Shown here piece by piece: positions 50,992-60,667 of a stretch of DNA of 62,710 bases; position 1 is the first letter of the stretch, and the number at the start of each line of letters is the position of its first letter. Location of the stretch: the NCBI GenBank assembly GCA_039793905.1, contig JBAMMG010000010.1, forward strand, positions 1 through 62,710, in the 5' to 3' direction. The notes under the pieces are model-generated. The model saw nothing but the letters and a program-made list of their open reading frames with translations, was not told where the DNA came from and did not search any database. Source of the stretch: Thermoanaerobaculum sp. Lineage in GTDB: Bacteria > Acidobacteriota > Thermoanaerobaculia > Thermoanaerobaculales > Thermoanaerobaculaceae. The translations under genes and the position numbers were made by a program.

Positions 50992-53024
50992 TAGGGCTTG
51001 TCCCCCTCGCGGGCGAGGTACACCGTTTGCGTGGGGAAGGCAAAGCTCGAACCCTCCCGCGCCACGATTTCCGCCAGGGCAAAGTTCAGCTCTTCCGCCA
51101 GCTCCAGGTACTCCGCCCAGTCGCGGGTGTCGAGGTGGCAAAAAACCTCAACCAAAAGCGCCGATTCTCCAAAACCGCGGAAGCGGCAACGCGCCCCCTC
51201 CGGCACCACCCGAGGGTGGGAAGCCAAAAGCTCCCGAATCCGTTGCAGGATGCGGCGCAAGGTTTGGGGCGGCGTGGCGTACACCAGACCTAAGGTAGGG
51301 TTGTACAGCATGCGGTCGCGGGCCGAAAGGTTCACCACCTCCCCGCCCACTACGGTGCTGTTGGGAATGGTCACCAAGGTCCGCTCCGGCGTCCGAATGC
51401 GGGTGGAACGCAACCCCAAATCCTCCACCGTCCCCAAAAGCGAGCCGATGCGGACGGTGTCCCCCAGGGCAAAGGGGCGGTCGGCGGCAATGGCCACCGC
51501 AGCAAAGATGTTCTCGAGGGTCTTTTGGGCCGCAAACGCCACCGCCACGCCGCCGATGCCGAGACCGGCGAGGGCCGTGGTTACGGGAACCCCGGCGGCA
51601 TCCAGCCCGGCCAAGAGGCCAAAGAGCACCACCAGAATACGACCGATGCGCTGGAAAATGGGGATAAAAGCCGAAACCAAGCTGTGCTTTTCCTGCGCCA
51701 GCTCCCACCATCGCCGGGAAAAGCGGTCCAAAATCCGCAAGCAAAACCACACGGTCGCGGCGATGGCCAAAAGCTTGACGAGAACTTGGGGCAAACTGCC
51801 AGAGCCGGGCGGAAGCCCCAGGAACTGGCCCCCGGCCTTCAAAACCCCACTCCAAATCCAAAGGCCCGCCGGCCCATCGAGGGCTTCGGCAAGAGCGTCG
51901 TCCCAGGTGACGCCGGTGCGCGCGGCCAGCAAACGAGCGATGCGGGCCACGAGTCTTCCCAAATGCCGCGAAACCCAGTACCCCAGGGACAAAAGGAGCA
52001 ATAGAAAAGCCCATTGCCATAGGGCAAGGCCACCAAAGGAAAAGGCAAAAAAGACCGGCGGCAGGTGGTCACCGATCCAGCCGAAACCGTGCTGCCGATA
52101 GAGGGCCGGGATTTCCGCCACGGTTTCGGCAGCAAACACCCAGCGATGGCCGACAGCGGGGTCGTAGCGGTCGGCTAAGAGAAGCTCCACCTTGCGGCCC
52201 CGCACCTCGACGGTACCCACCCGCTCCCGGTCCTCGGAAAGCCCAACCTCGGGCAACCCAGCAGGATCGTTGCTTACCTGCGCCGGTTGGAAAGGGTTTA
52301 GACGCACCGAGACCAGGTACAGGCGCTTGGCCAACAGCGGCCCTTCTGTGGCTTGGGCCTTTTCGGGGAGAGCCGAAAGGTCCAGGTAGCCGGCCGCCTC
52401 CAAGAAGCGGCCGCGGCCGGCAGCCTCCAAAAACCCCTCCAGAGCCTCGCGGGGGCTTGCCAGGGTGGGCTCTCCCCCTGGCGGCAACCCTGGGTTGAGG
52501 GGGACCTGGGCTCGGGGTCGTTCGCCTTCCACCAGAACCCGGTACCAAAAGGGCGTAGACGACACGGTTCGCCGGGTGACCAGCCACGCCAGCTCACCGC
52601 TGGCTGCATCGCGGGTGCGCCGCAGCCAGACCTCGCCGGAAACCCCAGCGCGGGAAAAACGCAGCGCCACCACGGCATTGGCCGGCACCCCGCCCTCCAA
52701 CGGCCCTTCCGGGAGCTCCGAGCTCACCGCTTGCGGCCGGGCGGTCAGGCGGGACAACACCGCGCAAAGCTTGCGGGCTACCTCAGGGCCGAGGACCCGC
52801 TGCTGGTCCTTGGGGATTTCCGTGAGGTCCAAAAAGTGTGCGGCCTTGGCAAAATCCCCTCTCGCGCAGGCATTCAAAAGGCCCCGGAAGCTTGCGGCCG
52901 GTGTGGCCCGTACCACATCCGCGGGCGGCGGCCCCAGTCCCGGGTTGATGGCGTCCCGCTCGGCAATGTCCAAGCCCCACGCCAAGCGGGTAAGGCACAA
53001 GAAAAGCACGACTTTGCCCCTCAT
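50991..53024 (-). CDS. MscS-family mechanosensitive channel with large duplicated periplasmic domain
   Basis: AGLGIGGVAVAFAAQ, DRPFALGD, VEDLGLRSTRIRT and IPNS; signal peptide at ATG 53024. Confidence 0.9.
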   Translation of the reverse strand: MRGKVVLFLCLTRLAWGLDIAERDAINPGLGPPPADVVRATPAASFRGLLNACARGDFAKAAHFLDLTEIPKDQQRVLGPEVARKLCAVLSRLTARPQAVSSELPEGPLEGGVPANAVVALRFSRAGVSGEVWLRRTRDAASGELAWLVTRRTVSSTPFWYRVLVEGERPRAQVPLNPGLPPGGEPTLASPREALEGFLEAAGRGRFLEAAGYLDLSALPEKAQATEGPLLAKRLYLVSVRLNPFQPAQVSNDPAGLPEVGLSEDRERVGTVEVRGRKVELLLADRYDPAVGHRWVFAAETVAEIPALYRQHGFGWIGDHLPPVFFAFSFGGLALWQWAFLLLLLSLGYWVSRHLGRLVARIARLLAARTGVTWDDALAEALDGPAGLWIWSGVLKAGGQFLGLPPGSGSLPQVLVKLLAIAATVWFCLRILDRFSRRWWELAQEKHSLVSAFIPIFQRIGRILVVLFGLLAGLDAAGVPVTTALAGLGIGGVAVAFAAQKTLENIFAAVAIAADRPFALGDTVRIGSLLGTVEDLGLRSTRIRTPERTLVTIPNSTVVGGEVVNLSARDRMLYNPTLGLVYATPPQTLRRILQRIRELLASHPRVVPEGARCRFRGFGESALLVEVFCHLDTRDWAEYLELAEELNFALAEIVAREGSSFAFPTQTVYLAREGDKP

Positions 53025-53035
53025 GCCGCGCAAGT

Positions 53036-55165
53036 TTACCCCCTCGACCCTTCCACGAGCTTGAGGGGAACGACGCTGGGCAGGAGCGTTTTCTTTCCGG
53101 CCCGATCGAAGAAAACCACCACCCGTGTTTGGGCCCCGGAAGCCTGAACCTGGAGCACGACGCCGCGGCCGAAGGTCGGGTGCTCCACCCTTGCCCCCGG
53201 CCGCAAGCCGTCGCCGGGTTTTTGGGGTTGGGAGCTCGCCTCCCTCCGGGGGAGGGAAACCGCGGGAGAGGGTGGGAGGGGGAGGCGGGGCTCGCGCCCT
53301 TCTCGGCAAACCTCCGGGGGAAGCTCGGCCAGGAAACGGGAAGGGCGGGTGGTGCGGGTTTCGCCGTGGAGGCGGCGGGTCCGGGCCCAGGTGAGAACCA
53401 ACTTGTGCCGCGCTCGCGTCATCCCCACGTACAAGAGCCGCCGTTCCTCCTCCTCGTCGGCAAGGTCCGTCTCCTCGCCGCGAACCAAAGGCAAGAGCCC
53501 TTCCTCCAGTCCCACTACGTACACCCCATCGAACTCGAGCCCCTTGGCGGCGTGGAGCGTGGACAAAAGCACCGCTTGCGGTCCGGCGGAGCTGTCGGCA
53601 TCGGAAAGGAGCGCCACCTCGTCCAAAAAGGCTGGGAGAGAAAGGCCCCGGTGCTCCGCTTCAGCGGCGGCACTCACCAGCTGGTCCAGGTTGGCCAACC
53701 GCGCCCGGTCCTCCTCGTCGCCAGGGTCGTACTGGGCGGCAAGGCCCGAGCGCTCGACAAGCGTGGCCACGAGCCGCGAAAGCGGACCGTACGCCATTTC
53801 CCCGATTTCGTCTACGACCTTCCAGAACCCCTTCAGGGCCTCGCGGGCGCGGGGGGTGAGGGTTTCGGGAAGGCGCCGGGAGGCCTCCGGCACGCTGCAC
53901 CCCCATTCCCGCGCCGCCTCCGCCACGCGCTCCAAGCTGGCTGCGCCCAACCCCCGGGCCGGAACGTTAACCACCCGGAGGAACGCCAGCTCGTCGTCGG
54001 GGTTGACGACCAGGCGGAGGTACGCCAGGGCGTCCCGAATCTCGGCTCGGTCCCAAAAACGCACCCCTCCCACCACGCCGTAGGGGATCCCCCAGCGCAC
54101 GAGCTCGGCCTCAAAAGGGCGGGACAAGGCGTTGATGCGGAAAAGCACAGCAAGGCTGGTGCGTCCCGCCGCCCGCTCCCGGCGGATGTCGGCCACCACC
54201 AGGCTCGCTTCCTCATTGTCGTCGCTGGCCGAAAGCACCCGCACTGGCTCCCCGTCGCCGCTCTTGGCCTCGAGGACCTTGGGGCGCCGCTGGCTGTTGT
54301 GGGCGATGACTGCCGCCGCGGCCTCAAGGATCGGCTTGGCCGAGCGGTAGTTGTTGCCCAAGGTGAGGATGCTGGCGTGAGGGTAGGTGTGCTCGAAGCG
54401 CAAGATATGGGAAAGCTCGGCGCCCCGGAAGCGGTAAATGCTCTGGTCCTCGTCCCCCACCGCGGTGAGGTTGGGTTGCGGCCCCGCCAGGTGCCAGAGA
54501 AGCTCCATTTGCACCGGGTTGGTGTCCTGGAACTCGTCCACCAAGACGTACGAAAAACGCTCCCGCAAGCTGGCCCGCACCGCCGGGTCCTCCTTGAGGA
54601 GCTTGGTGGCAAAAACCAGCATGTCGTCAAAATCCACCGCTCCCGCCCTGGCGAGCCGCTCCTGGTATCTCTCGAAAACCGCCGAAACCAGGTCGCCGCG
54701 GGGGTGCTCGCGCCCCGAGCCGTTCTTGAGGCGGGAAACGGCAGACCGAGCCGCCCGCGGGGAAAGCTCCGCCGCCGGGATCCCCAGCTCCTTGAGCACC
54801 TGCTCCACCACCCGCCGCTGCTCGTCCTCGTCGGCGATGGCGAAGCGCCGGGGAAGCCCAACCCTATCCGGGTACTGGCGCAGGAGCCCCAGGGCGAAGC
54901 GGTGAAAGGTGCCCACGAACCCCCCCGCGAGGCTCCCGCCCAGAAGCCGCTCCACCCGTTCCGCCATTTCCCGGGCCGCCTTGTTGGTAAAGGTCACAGC
55001 CAAGATGTTGTGGGGCTTGGCCCTCCCTGAGGCCAAAAGCCAGGCAATGCGGTAGGTCAAGACCCGGGTTTTGCCAGAGCCAGCCCCTGCCACCACCAAG
55101 AGTGGCCCTTCCCCGTACGTGACGGCTTCCCTCTGCTCCGGATCGAGATCCTCGAGAAAACGCAC
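53036..55165 (-). CDS. pcrA: UvrD/PcrA SF1 DNA helicase
   Basis: AGAGSGKT, TFTNKAA, VDEFQDTN, GDEDQSIY, STLHAAKGLEF, YVGMTRA and C-terminal Tudor-like HPTFGRG. GTG start 55165. Confidence 0.95.
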   Translation of the reverse strand: MRFLEDLDPEQREAVTYGEGPLLVVAGAGSGKTRVLTYRIAWLLASGRAKPHNILAVTFTNKAAREMAERVERLLGGSLAGGFVGTFHRFALGLLRQYPDRVGLPRRFAIADEDEQRRVVEQVLKELGIPAAELSPRAARSAVSRLKNGSGREHPRGDLVSAVFERYQERLARAGAVDFDDMLVFATKLLKEDPAVRASLRERFSYVLVDEFQDTNPVQMELLWHLAGPQPNLTAVGDEDQSIYRFRGAELSHILRFEHTYPHASILTLGNNYRSAKPILEAAAAVIAHNSQRRPKVLEAKSGDGEPVRVLSASDDNEEASLVVADIRRERAAGRTSLAVLFRINALSRPFEAELVRWGIPYGVVGGVRFWDRAEIRDALAYLRLVVNPDDELAFLRVVNVPARGLGAASLERVAEAAREWGCSVPEASRRLPETLTPRAREALKGFWKVVDEIGEMAYGPLSRLVATLVERSGLAAQYDPGDEEDRARLANLDQLVSAAAEAEHRGLSLPAFLDEVALLSDADSSAGPQAVLLSTLHAAKGLEFDGVYVVGLEEGLLPLVRGEETDLADEEEERRLLYVGMTRARHKLVLTWARTRRLHGETRTTRPSRFLAELPPEVCREGREPRLPLPPSPAVSLPRREASSQPQKPGDGLRPGARVEHPTFGRGVVLQVQASGAQTRVVVFFDRAGKKTLLPSVVPLKLVEGSRG

Positions 55166-55203
55166 CGATCCCTCCCGAAGGGGCGATTGTACCCCCCTGG
55201 GAG

Positions 55204-57012
55204 TTACTCCACGGTCACGCTTTTGGCCAGGTTCCGGGGCTGATCCACGTCGCACCCCCGGAGCACCGCCACCTGGTACGCCAAAAGCTGGAGGGGGACC
55301 ACCGCGGCGATGGGGAGAAGCGGCCAGGGGAGCGGGGCCAAGGGCACAACCTGGCGGGCGAGGGCGCGCAAGCGGGGGCTGGTGCCGTCCCCGACCACGT
55401 AAACCGGAGCCTTGCGGGCGCGAACTTCCTCCAAGTTGGAAAGGGTCTTTTCCGCCAGGGGAAAGTCCGGGCACAGGCCCACTACCGGGAAGTTTTCGTC
55501 CAAAAGGGCAATGGGACCGTGCTTCATTTCCCCGGCGGGGTAGCCTTCGGCGTGAACGTAGGAAACTTCCTTGAGCTTGAGGGCCCCTTCCAGGGCAATG
55601 GGGTAGAGGACCCCGCGCCCCAGGTACAGGGCGTTGCGGGCGTGCTGGAGTTCTCTGGCCACCTCGGCTACCTGAGCCTCGCTTCCCAGGGCCTGCTGGA
55701 GGTCGTAAGGCAGGTGGTAGAGGCGCCGCTCCAGGTCGCTTGGACTTCCCTGCCGGGCCCGCCGCCAGGCCAAGGCCAAAACCAAAAGCGCCACCAGCTG
55801 GGAGGTGAACGCCTTGGTGGAGGCGACGCCAATTTCCGGCCCGGCACTGGTAGGGAGGCGCACGGCGGCGAGGCGCTCGGCCATGGCTCCCCGGACGTTG
55901 CACACCGCCGCTACCAACGCCCCGGCCTCGCCAGCCAGGCGCATGGCCGCCAGGGTATCGGCGGTCTCCCCCGATTGGGTAATCCCCAGCACCAGCGAGC
56001 CTTTGGAAAGCAAAGGGTTTCGGTAGCGGAACTCGCTGGCGTAGTCCACCTGGCACGGCACGCCGGCCAGGTTTTCGAGGTAAAACTTTCCCACCAGCGC
56101 CGCGTGCCAGGAGGTGCCGCAAGCCACCAGGTGAACCCCGGGGGTCGCGCGCAAAAGCTCGGGCGAAAGCCCCCAGCGGGAAAGGTCGAAACCGTCGTCC
56201 CCCAAAAGCACCTGGAGGGTTTGGGCGACAGCGCCGGGCTGTTCGTGGATTTCCTTGAGCATGAAGTGCTTGTAGCCGCCCCGCTCCACCTGCCCTGGGT
56301 CCCAGTCGAGGGTGATCTCCGAGCGCCGGACCTCCTGGTCCCCGGCGTCCCAGATCCGCACCCCGGCCCGAGACACCGCGGCCACGTCCCCGTCTTCCAA
56401 ATGGATGCAACGACGGGTCACCCCGAGCACCGCCGCCGGGTCCGAGGCCACCACCACCTCCCCTTCGCCGAGGCCAATCACCAGGGGGGGACCGTTGCGA
56501 AACGCCACCAGCACCTCCGGCTCTCGCCGATCCATGACCACCACGGCGTACTGCCCGGCGAGCACGCGGCGCAAGGCAAAGGCCCGCTCGAGGAGAGACC
56601 CGGAAGCCCGCGCCAAAAGGTGAGCGATCACCTCGCTATCGGTATCCGAAGTAAAGACCGCCCCCTGGGCCCGGAGCTTTTCTTTCAGCTCCGCGTAGTT
56701 CTCGATGATGCCGTTGTGAACCACCGCCACGTGCCGAGCTTCGTCGGTGTGGGGGTGGGCGTTGCGCTCAACCGGCGGCCCGTGGGTCGCCCACCGGGTA
56801 TGCCCCACGGCGATGGTGCCAGGCAGGGACGCCGCGTAGGCTTTTTCCATGAGGTTGACGAGCTTGCCCTCAGCGCGCAGGACCACCAGCTCCTCGCCGG
56901 TATGCACGGCGATCCCCGCCGAATCGTAGCCTCGGTACTCCAGGCGCCGCAGCGCTTCCAGCACCAGCGGCACGGCCTGCCGGTTCCCAACGTACCCTAC
57001 GATGCCGCACAT
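55204..57012 (-). CDS. glmS: Glutamine--fructose-6-phosphate aminotransferase
   Basis: MCGIVG, EYRGYDSAG, GHTRWATHG, QSGETADT and PRNLAKSVTVE. Confidence 0.98.
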   Translation of the reverse strand: MCGIVGYVGNRQAVPLVLEALRRLEYRGYDSAGIAVHTGEELVVLRAEGKLVNLMEKAYAASLPGTIAVGHTRWATHGPPVERNAHPHTDEARHVAVVHNGIIENYAELKEKLRAQGAVFTSDTDSEVIAHLLARASGSLLERAFALRRVLAGQYAVVVMDRREPEVLVAFRNGPPLVIGLGEGEVVVASDPAAVLGVTRRCIHLEDGDVAAVSRAGVRIWDAGDQEVRRSEITLDWDPGQVERGGYKHFMLKEIHEQPGAVAQTLQVLLGDDGFDLSRWGLSPELLRATPGVHLVACGTSWHAALVGKFYLENLAGVPCQVDYASEFRYRNPLLSKGSLVLGITQSGETADTLAAMRLAGEAGALVAAVCNVRGAMAERLAAVRLPTSAGPEIGVASTKAFTSQLVALLVLALAWRRARQGSPSDLERRLYHLPYDLQQALGSEAQVAEVARELQHARNALYLGRGVLYPIALEGALKLKEVSYVHAEGYPAGEMKHGPIALLDENFPVVGLCPDFPLAEKTLSNLEEVRARKAPVYVVGDGTSPRLRALARQVVPLAPLPWPLLPIAAVVPLQLLAYQVAVLRGCDVDQPRNLAKSVTVE

Positions 57013-57968
57013 GCCTCCCCCCCTTTGAGGTACGAAAGCGGTGGCACGCGCGTGCCGGCCGAAAGCGTAACGCCTTCCAGGACACTGCCGGCGCCTACCC
57101 AGCACCCTTCGCCCAGGCGGGACCCCCGCCGCAGGTGCACCCCAGGCTCCAGGACCGTGTCCCGCCCCACCTCGCACCCCGCCTCGATCCAGGTGGTTTC
57201 GGGATCGACCACCGTCACCCCCTGTTCCTGCCACCGCCGAAGGATTCGAGCGTTGAGGAGCTTGCTGACCTGGGCGAGCTCCTCCCGGGTATTGACCCCC
57301 AGCATCTCGGTGGGATCCGCAACGGTGTGGGCAACGACTTTGGCGCCCTGAGTCGAGAGTGCCGCTACCACGTCCGTGAGGTAGTACTCCCCCTGGCTGT
57401 TCTCGGGGGCAAGCTTCGCAAGCAGAGGCGCCAGCACCTTAGCTTCAAAAACGTACACCCCTGCGTTCACCTCGCGGATCGCCCGTTGCTCCGGAGTGGC
57501 GTCCCTGGCCTCCACGATCCCCGTTACCTGGCCATCGCGACGCAGCACCCGCCCGTAAGGCCCGCCCTCGTCCAAGACGGCGGTGAGCAAGGCACAGGCG
57601 GCGCGCTCATTTCGGAAAAGGGCTACCAAACGGTGGAGCGTGTCCGCCTGCAGCAACGGAGCATCCCCGGGCAAAACCAAAAGCTCCATGCAACCGGCAA
57701 CGGCGGGGAGAGCAACGCGCACGGCGTCTCCGGTTCCAGCCGGCGGGTCCTGAAGCACCAACTCCACCCTGCGCCCGGTGAGGTACGCCTCGACCTGTTC
57801 CCGCAAATGGCCCACCACCACCACGGTCTTGGCTGGAGCCAGGGGTGTCACCGCATCCAAAACCCAGTCCACCAGGGGACGGCCGTGGGCGTGGTGCAGG
57901 ACCTTGGCGGTGGCGCTTTTCAAGCGCTTGCCCTGCCCTGCGGCCAGGACCACCACCCCCAGGCTCAC
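56997..57968 (-). CDS. glmU: GlmU-type GlcNAc-1-P uridyltransferase, C-terminally short (323 aa)
   Basis: LAAGQGKRLKS..K, GTGDAV, GDAP, YGRV, VEARDA, GEYYLTD and GVNTR, followed by only a few hexapeptide turns. Confidence 0.88.
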   Translation of the reverse strand: MSLGVVVLAAGQGKRLKSATAKVLHHAHGRPLVDWVLDAVTPLAPAKTVVVVGHLREQVEAYLTGRRVELVLQDPPAGTGDAVRVALPAVAGCMELLVLPGDAPLLQADTLHRLVALFRNERAACALLTAVLDEGGPYGRVLRRDGQVTGIVEARDATPEQRAIREVNAGVYVFEAKVLAPLLAKLAPENSQGEYYLTDVVAALSTQGAKVVAHTVADPTEMLGVNTREELAQVSKLLNARILRRWQEQGVTVVDPETTWIEAGCEVGRDTVLEPGVHLRRGSRLGEGCWVGAGSVLEGVTLSAGTRVPPLSYLKGGEACAAS

Positions 57969-58918
57969 ACCCTCGCCTCCACAAGCTCCCAGAGCGCCTT
58001 TGCCAGGCGCTGGGGGTCGTGGCGCACCGTGCCTTCGGGGGTCACGCGCAGGAGCGGCTTGGGGCAAACCCGAACCCCGGGGAGAGGCTCGGGAAGCACC
58101 GGCTCGGCACCCGCCGCCCGGTACCTGGCCGCCACCTCCGCGGGCAGCGGCTCGCAGTTGGCGAGAACGACGTCGAAGGTCAGGTCGGGTGCGTACGAGG
58201 TGAGCACCCGCAGATGATCCCCCAGCGAATACCCCGTGGTTTCACCGGGCTGGGTCACCAGGTTCGCCACGTAGATCTTGAGGGCAAGGCTTTCCGCCAC
58301 CGCTGGAGCCACACCCTGGACCAAAAGGTTGGGGAGGAGGCTCGTGTAAAGGGAGCCCGGACCCAAAACCAGCACGTCGGCTTCCCGGATAGCCGCCAAA
58401 ACCTCGGGGAGAGCGCGGGCATCGGGGGGGGATAGGGCCACGCGCCGGGGCGGCCCGGAAGCGGCTATTGCCGACTCCCCGACGACCAGCCGGCCATCGG
58501 CGCCCTCGGCAACCACGTGAACGTCGGCCGAGGTGGTGGGCAGCACCACCCCTCGCACCCGCAGCACCTCGCCCGCCAGGCGCACCGCCTGGGGGAAGTC
58601 GCCGGTCAGGCGGGCCAAGGCCGTCATGAAAAGGTTACCCAGAGAGTGCCCACCGGTAGGACCGTTCCCTGGGAAACGAAACGAAAAAAGGCGGGTGAGC
58701 AGCTCCTCGTCTTCAGCCAAAGCCACCAGGCAGTTGCGCACGTCCCCCGGAGGTGGGACCCCGAACTCCTGGCGTAGGCGTCCCGAGGAACCGCCGTCGT
58801 CGGTCACGGTCACAACCGCGGTGAGGGAGGAAAGGGGGAGGGTCTTGACCCCTTGGAGAAGGGTAGAAAGACCCGTACCGCCACCCAAGGCCACCATCCT
58901 CACGGGTTTGGGCACCAC
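57965..58918 (-). CDS. yvcK: YvcK/GlmR (UPF0052) family protein
   Basis: GGGTGLS, VTDDGGSSG, GHSLGNL, GPGSLYTS and RHDP. Start re-called to GTG 58918 (ORF track 58933). Confidence 0.92.
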   Translation of the reverse strand: MVPKPVRMVALGGGTGLSTLLQGVKTLPLSSLTAVVTVTDDGGSSGRLRQEFGVPPPGDVRNCLVALAEDEELLTRLFSFRFPGNGPTGGHSLGNLFMTALARLTGDFPQAVRLAGEVLRVRGVVLPTTSADVHVVAEGADGRLVVGESAIAASGPPRRVALSPPDARALPEVLAAIREADVLVLGPGSLYTSLLPNLLVQGVAPAVAESLALKIYVANLVTQPGETTGYSLGDHLRVLTSYAPDLTFDVVLANCEPLPAEVAARYRAAGAEPVLPEPLPGVRVCPKPLLRVTPEGTVRHDPQRLAKALWELVEARV

Positions 58919-58944
58919 AGGCAAAGTATACAAAAAGAACGACC

Positions 58945-59529
58945 TTACTTTTTCGACAGCTCCTGGAGCACCAGCTTGGCCACGGCCTTGAGGGTTTCGA
59001 AAACCCCAATCCCTTGCGTGGCCACCGCTTCGAAGGTGGGCTCTCCCTTGACGTTGAGGAGGCGGTACATTTCGTCGTAAGAAACGATCGCGGGAAGGTC
59101 CCGCTTGTTGAACTGCAAAACGTAGGGAATGGCCATGAGGTCGAAGCCGTTTTCCCGCAAATTGACCTTGAGGTTTTCCAGCGATTCCAGGTTGGCGTCC
59201 ATGCGCGCTTGTTGGGAGTCAGCCACGAAAACCACCCCGTCCACCCCCTTGAGGATGAGCTTTCGCGAGGCGTCGTAAAAAACCTGACCGGGAACGGTGT
59301 AGAGGTGAAAGCGTGTTCTGAAGCCCCGCACGGTTCCCAAATCCAAGGGGAGAAAATCAAAAAAGAGCGTGCGGTCGGTTTCCGTTGCCAGGGAAATGAG
59401 CTGGCCTTTTGCTTGCGGGTTGGTCTTGTCGTAAATGTACTGCAGGTTCGTGGTCTTCCCGCCCAGACCAGGCCCGTAGTACACGATCTTGCAATTGATT
59501 TCCCGGGAAGCGTAGTTGATGAAGCTCAT
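58945..59529 (-). CDS. mglA: MglA small Ras-like GTPase
   Basis: [54 protein letters not shown] and NKRDL. Confidence 0.96.
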   Translation of the reverse strand: MSFINYASREINCKIVYYGPGLGGKTTNLQYIYDKTNPQAKGQLISLATETDRTLFFDFLPLDLGTVRGFRTRFHLYTVPGQVFYDASRKLILKGVDGVVFVADSQQARMDANLESLENLKVNLRENGFDLMAIPYVLQFNKRDLPAIVSYDEMYRLLNVKGEPTFEAVATQGIGVFETLKAVAKLVLQELSKK

Positions 59530-60020
59530 TCGGAAAACAGGTTGTCAATGTCTTCGTCTGTGATTTCCGCAAACGGCGACACCGGCGCCTCCCCGCGCTG
59601 GGCCGCCTTGTTGGCCATGTCGTTGAGGACCTCTTCCAGCTCCTGCGCCGCCTTGCGTACCCGCAGGCGAACCAAACCCAAAGACGACCGCTCGTCGAAA
59701 ATCACCACCAGGATGAGGCGCTGGGCCACGATGGAAATGTGGATGTTGTCCCGCTCCCCTTCGTGGAAGAGAATGGAAAACTCCTTTTCGCCGATGAGGC
59801 GGGCCAAACCGTCGGTGGCGGCCACGTTCCCCGCCGTGAGGGAAGCCAGGGACGTGGTGTCCACCTTTTCCAAATCGCCCTTGGCCGCGATTTGCTGGCC
59901 GTTCTTGTCAACGAGAAAAACGATCTTGGCGTTGGCGTCCACCCACAGACGAGCGAGGATGTTGTTGATGCGCTCGAACTCCTCCTCGTACATCACCAAG
60001 TTGGGCCCCAGCATGCTCAT
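59526..60020 (-). CDS. mglB: MglB roadblock/LC7 GAP
   Basis: [31 protein letters not shown] and [10 protein letters not shown]. Start is 60020 or 60014; ATGA-coupled to mglA. Confidence 0.95.
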   Translation of the reverse strand: MSMLGPNLVMYEEEFERINNILARLWVDANAKIVFLVDKNGQQIAAKGDLEKVDTTSLASLTAGNVAATDGLARLIGEKEFSILFHEGERDNIHISIVAQRLILVVIFDERSSLGLVRLRVRKAAQELEEVLNDMANKAAQRGEAPVSPFAEITDEDIDNLFSE

Positions 60021-60069
60021 GAGCTCTGCCCTCCACGCCGCCACCGGCAGTATACCCCCGCCCGGAGCT

Positions 60070-60666
60070 TCATTCTATCCCCCGCCGGGCCGAGAGAGCC
60101 CGGGCCAGCGTCACCGTATCAGCGTACGAAATTTCCCCGCCGGCTGGCAAGCCAAAGGCAATCCTCGTGGTTTTCACCCCCGCCGGCCGCAGCAGCTCCA
60201 CCAGGAAATGGGCCGTGGCTTCTCCCTCCACCGTGGGGTTGGTAGCCAAAATGACCTCCTGCACCCCCCCTGCCCGTACCCTCTCCACAAGCTTGCCCAC
60301 CGTCAGCTCGTCGGGGCCAATCCCCCGCAAGGGGTCTAGGGTTCCCAGGAGCACGTGGTAAAGCCCCGAAAACTCGCCGGTGGCTTCGATGGACCAGGCG
60401 TTGACAGGCTCTTCCACCACACAAATGAGCGAGCGATCCCGCCCCGGGTCGCTGCAAACCGGGCACGCGCCTTCCGCCAGCAGGAAACAGGTAGGGCAAA
60501 AACCCACCCGATCGTGAGCCTGCGCCAGCACCTGGGAGAGGTGCAGGGACCCCTCCCGCTCCCTCAGGAGGTACTGCACCATGCGCATAGCCGACCGCGG
60601 TCCCACCCCTGGGAGCTTTTCCAGCGCTTCCATGAGAACCCTTACGGTTGGTGGTCGCAGATCCAC
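60070..60666 (-). CDS. recR: Recombination mediator RecR
   Basis: LPGVGPRSA, C4 zinc finger, YHVL.G and ATNPTVEGEATA. Confidence 0.96.
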   Translation of the reverse strand: MDLRPPTVRVLMEALEKLPGVGPRSAMRMVQYLLREREGSLHLSQVLAQAHDRVGFCPTCFLLAEGACPVCSDPGRDRSLICVVEEPVNAWSIEATGEFSGLYHVLLGTLDPLRGIGPDELTVGKLVERVRAGGVQEVILATNPTVEGEATAHFLVELLRPAGVKTTRIAFGLPAGGEISYADTVTLARALSARRGIE

Positions 60667-60667
60667 G

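Noticed and set aside
55166-56410. Apparent 1124-aa UvrD with a long N-terminal extension
   Set aside because: The extension is an off-frame overlap of glmS. The helicase starts at GTG 55165 with its own SD and TACAAT box.
57013-57100. glmS ribozyme
   Set aside because: glmS overlaps glmU directly, leaving no UTR, and no ribozyme core was recognised.
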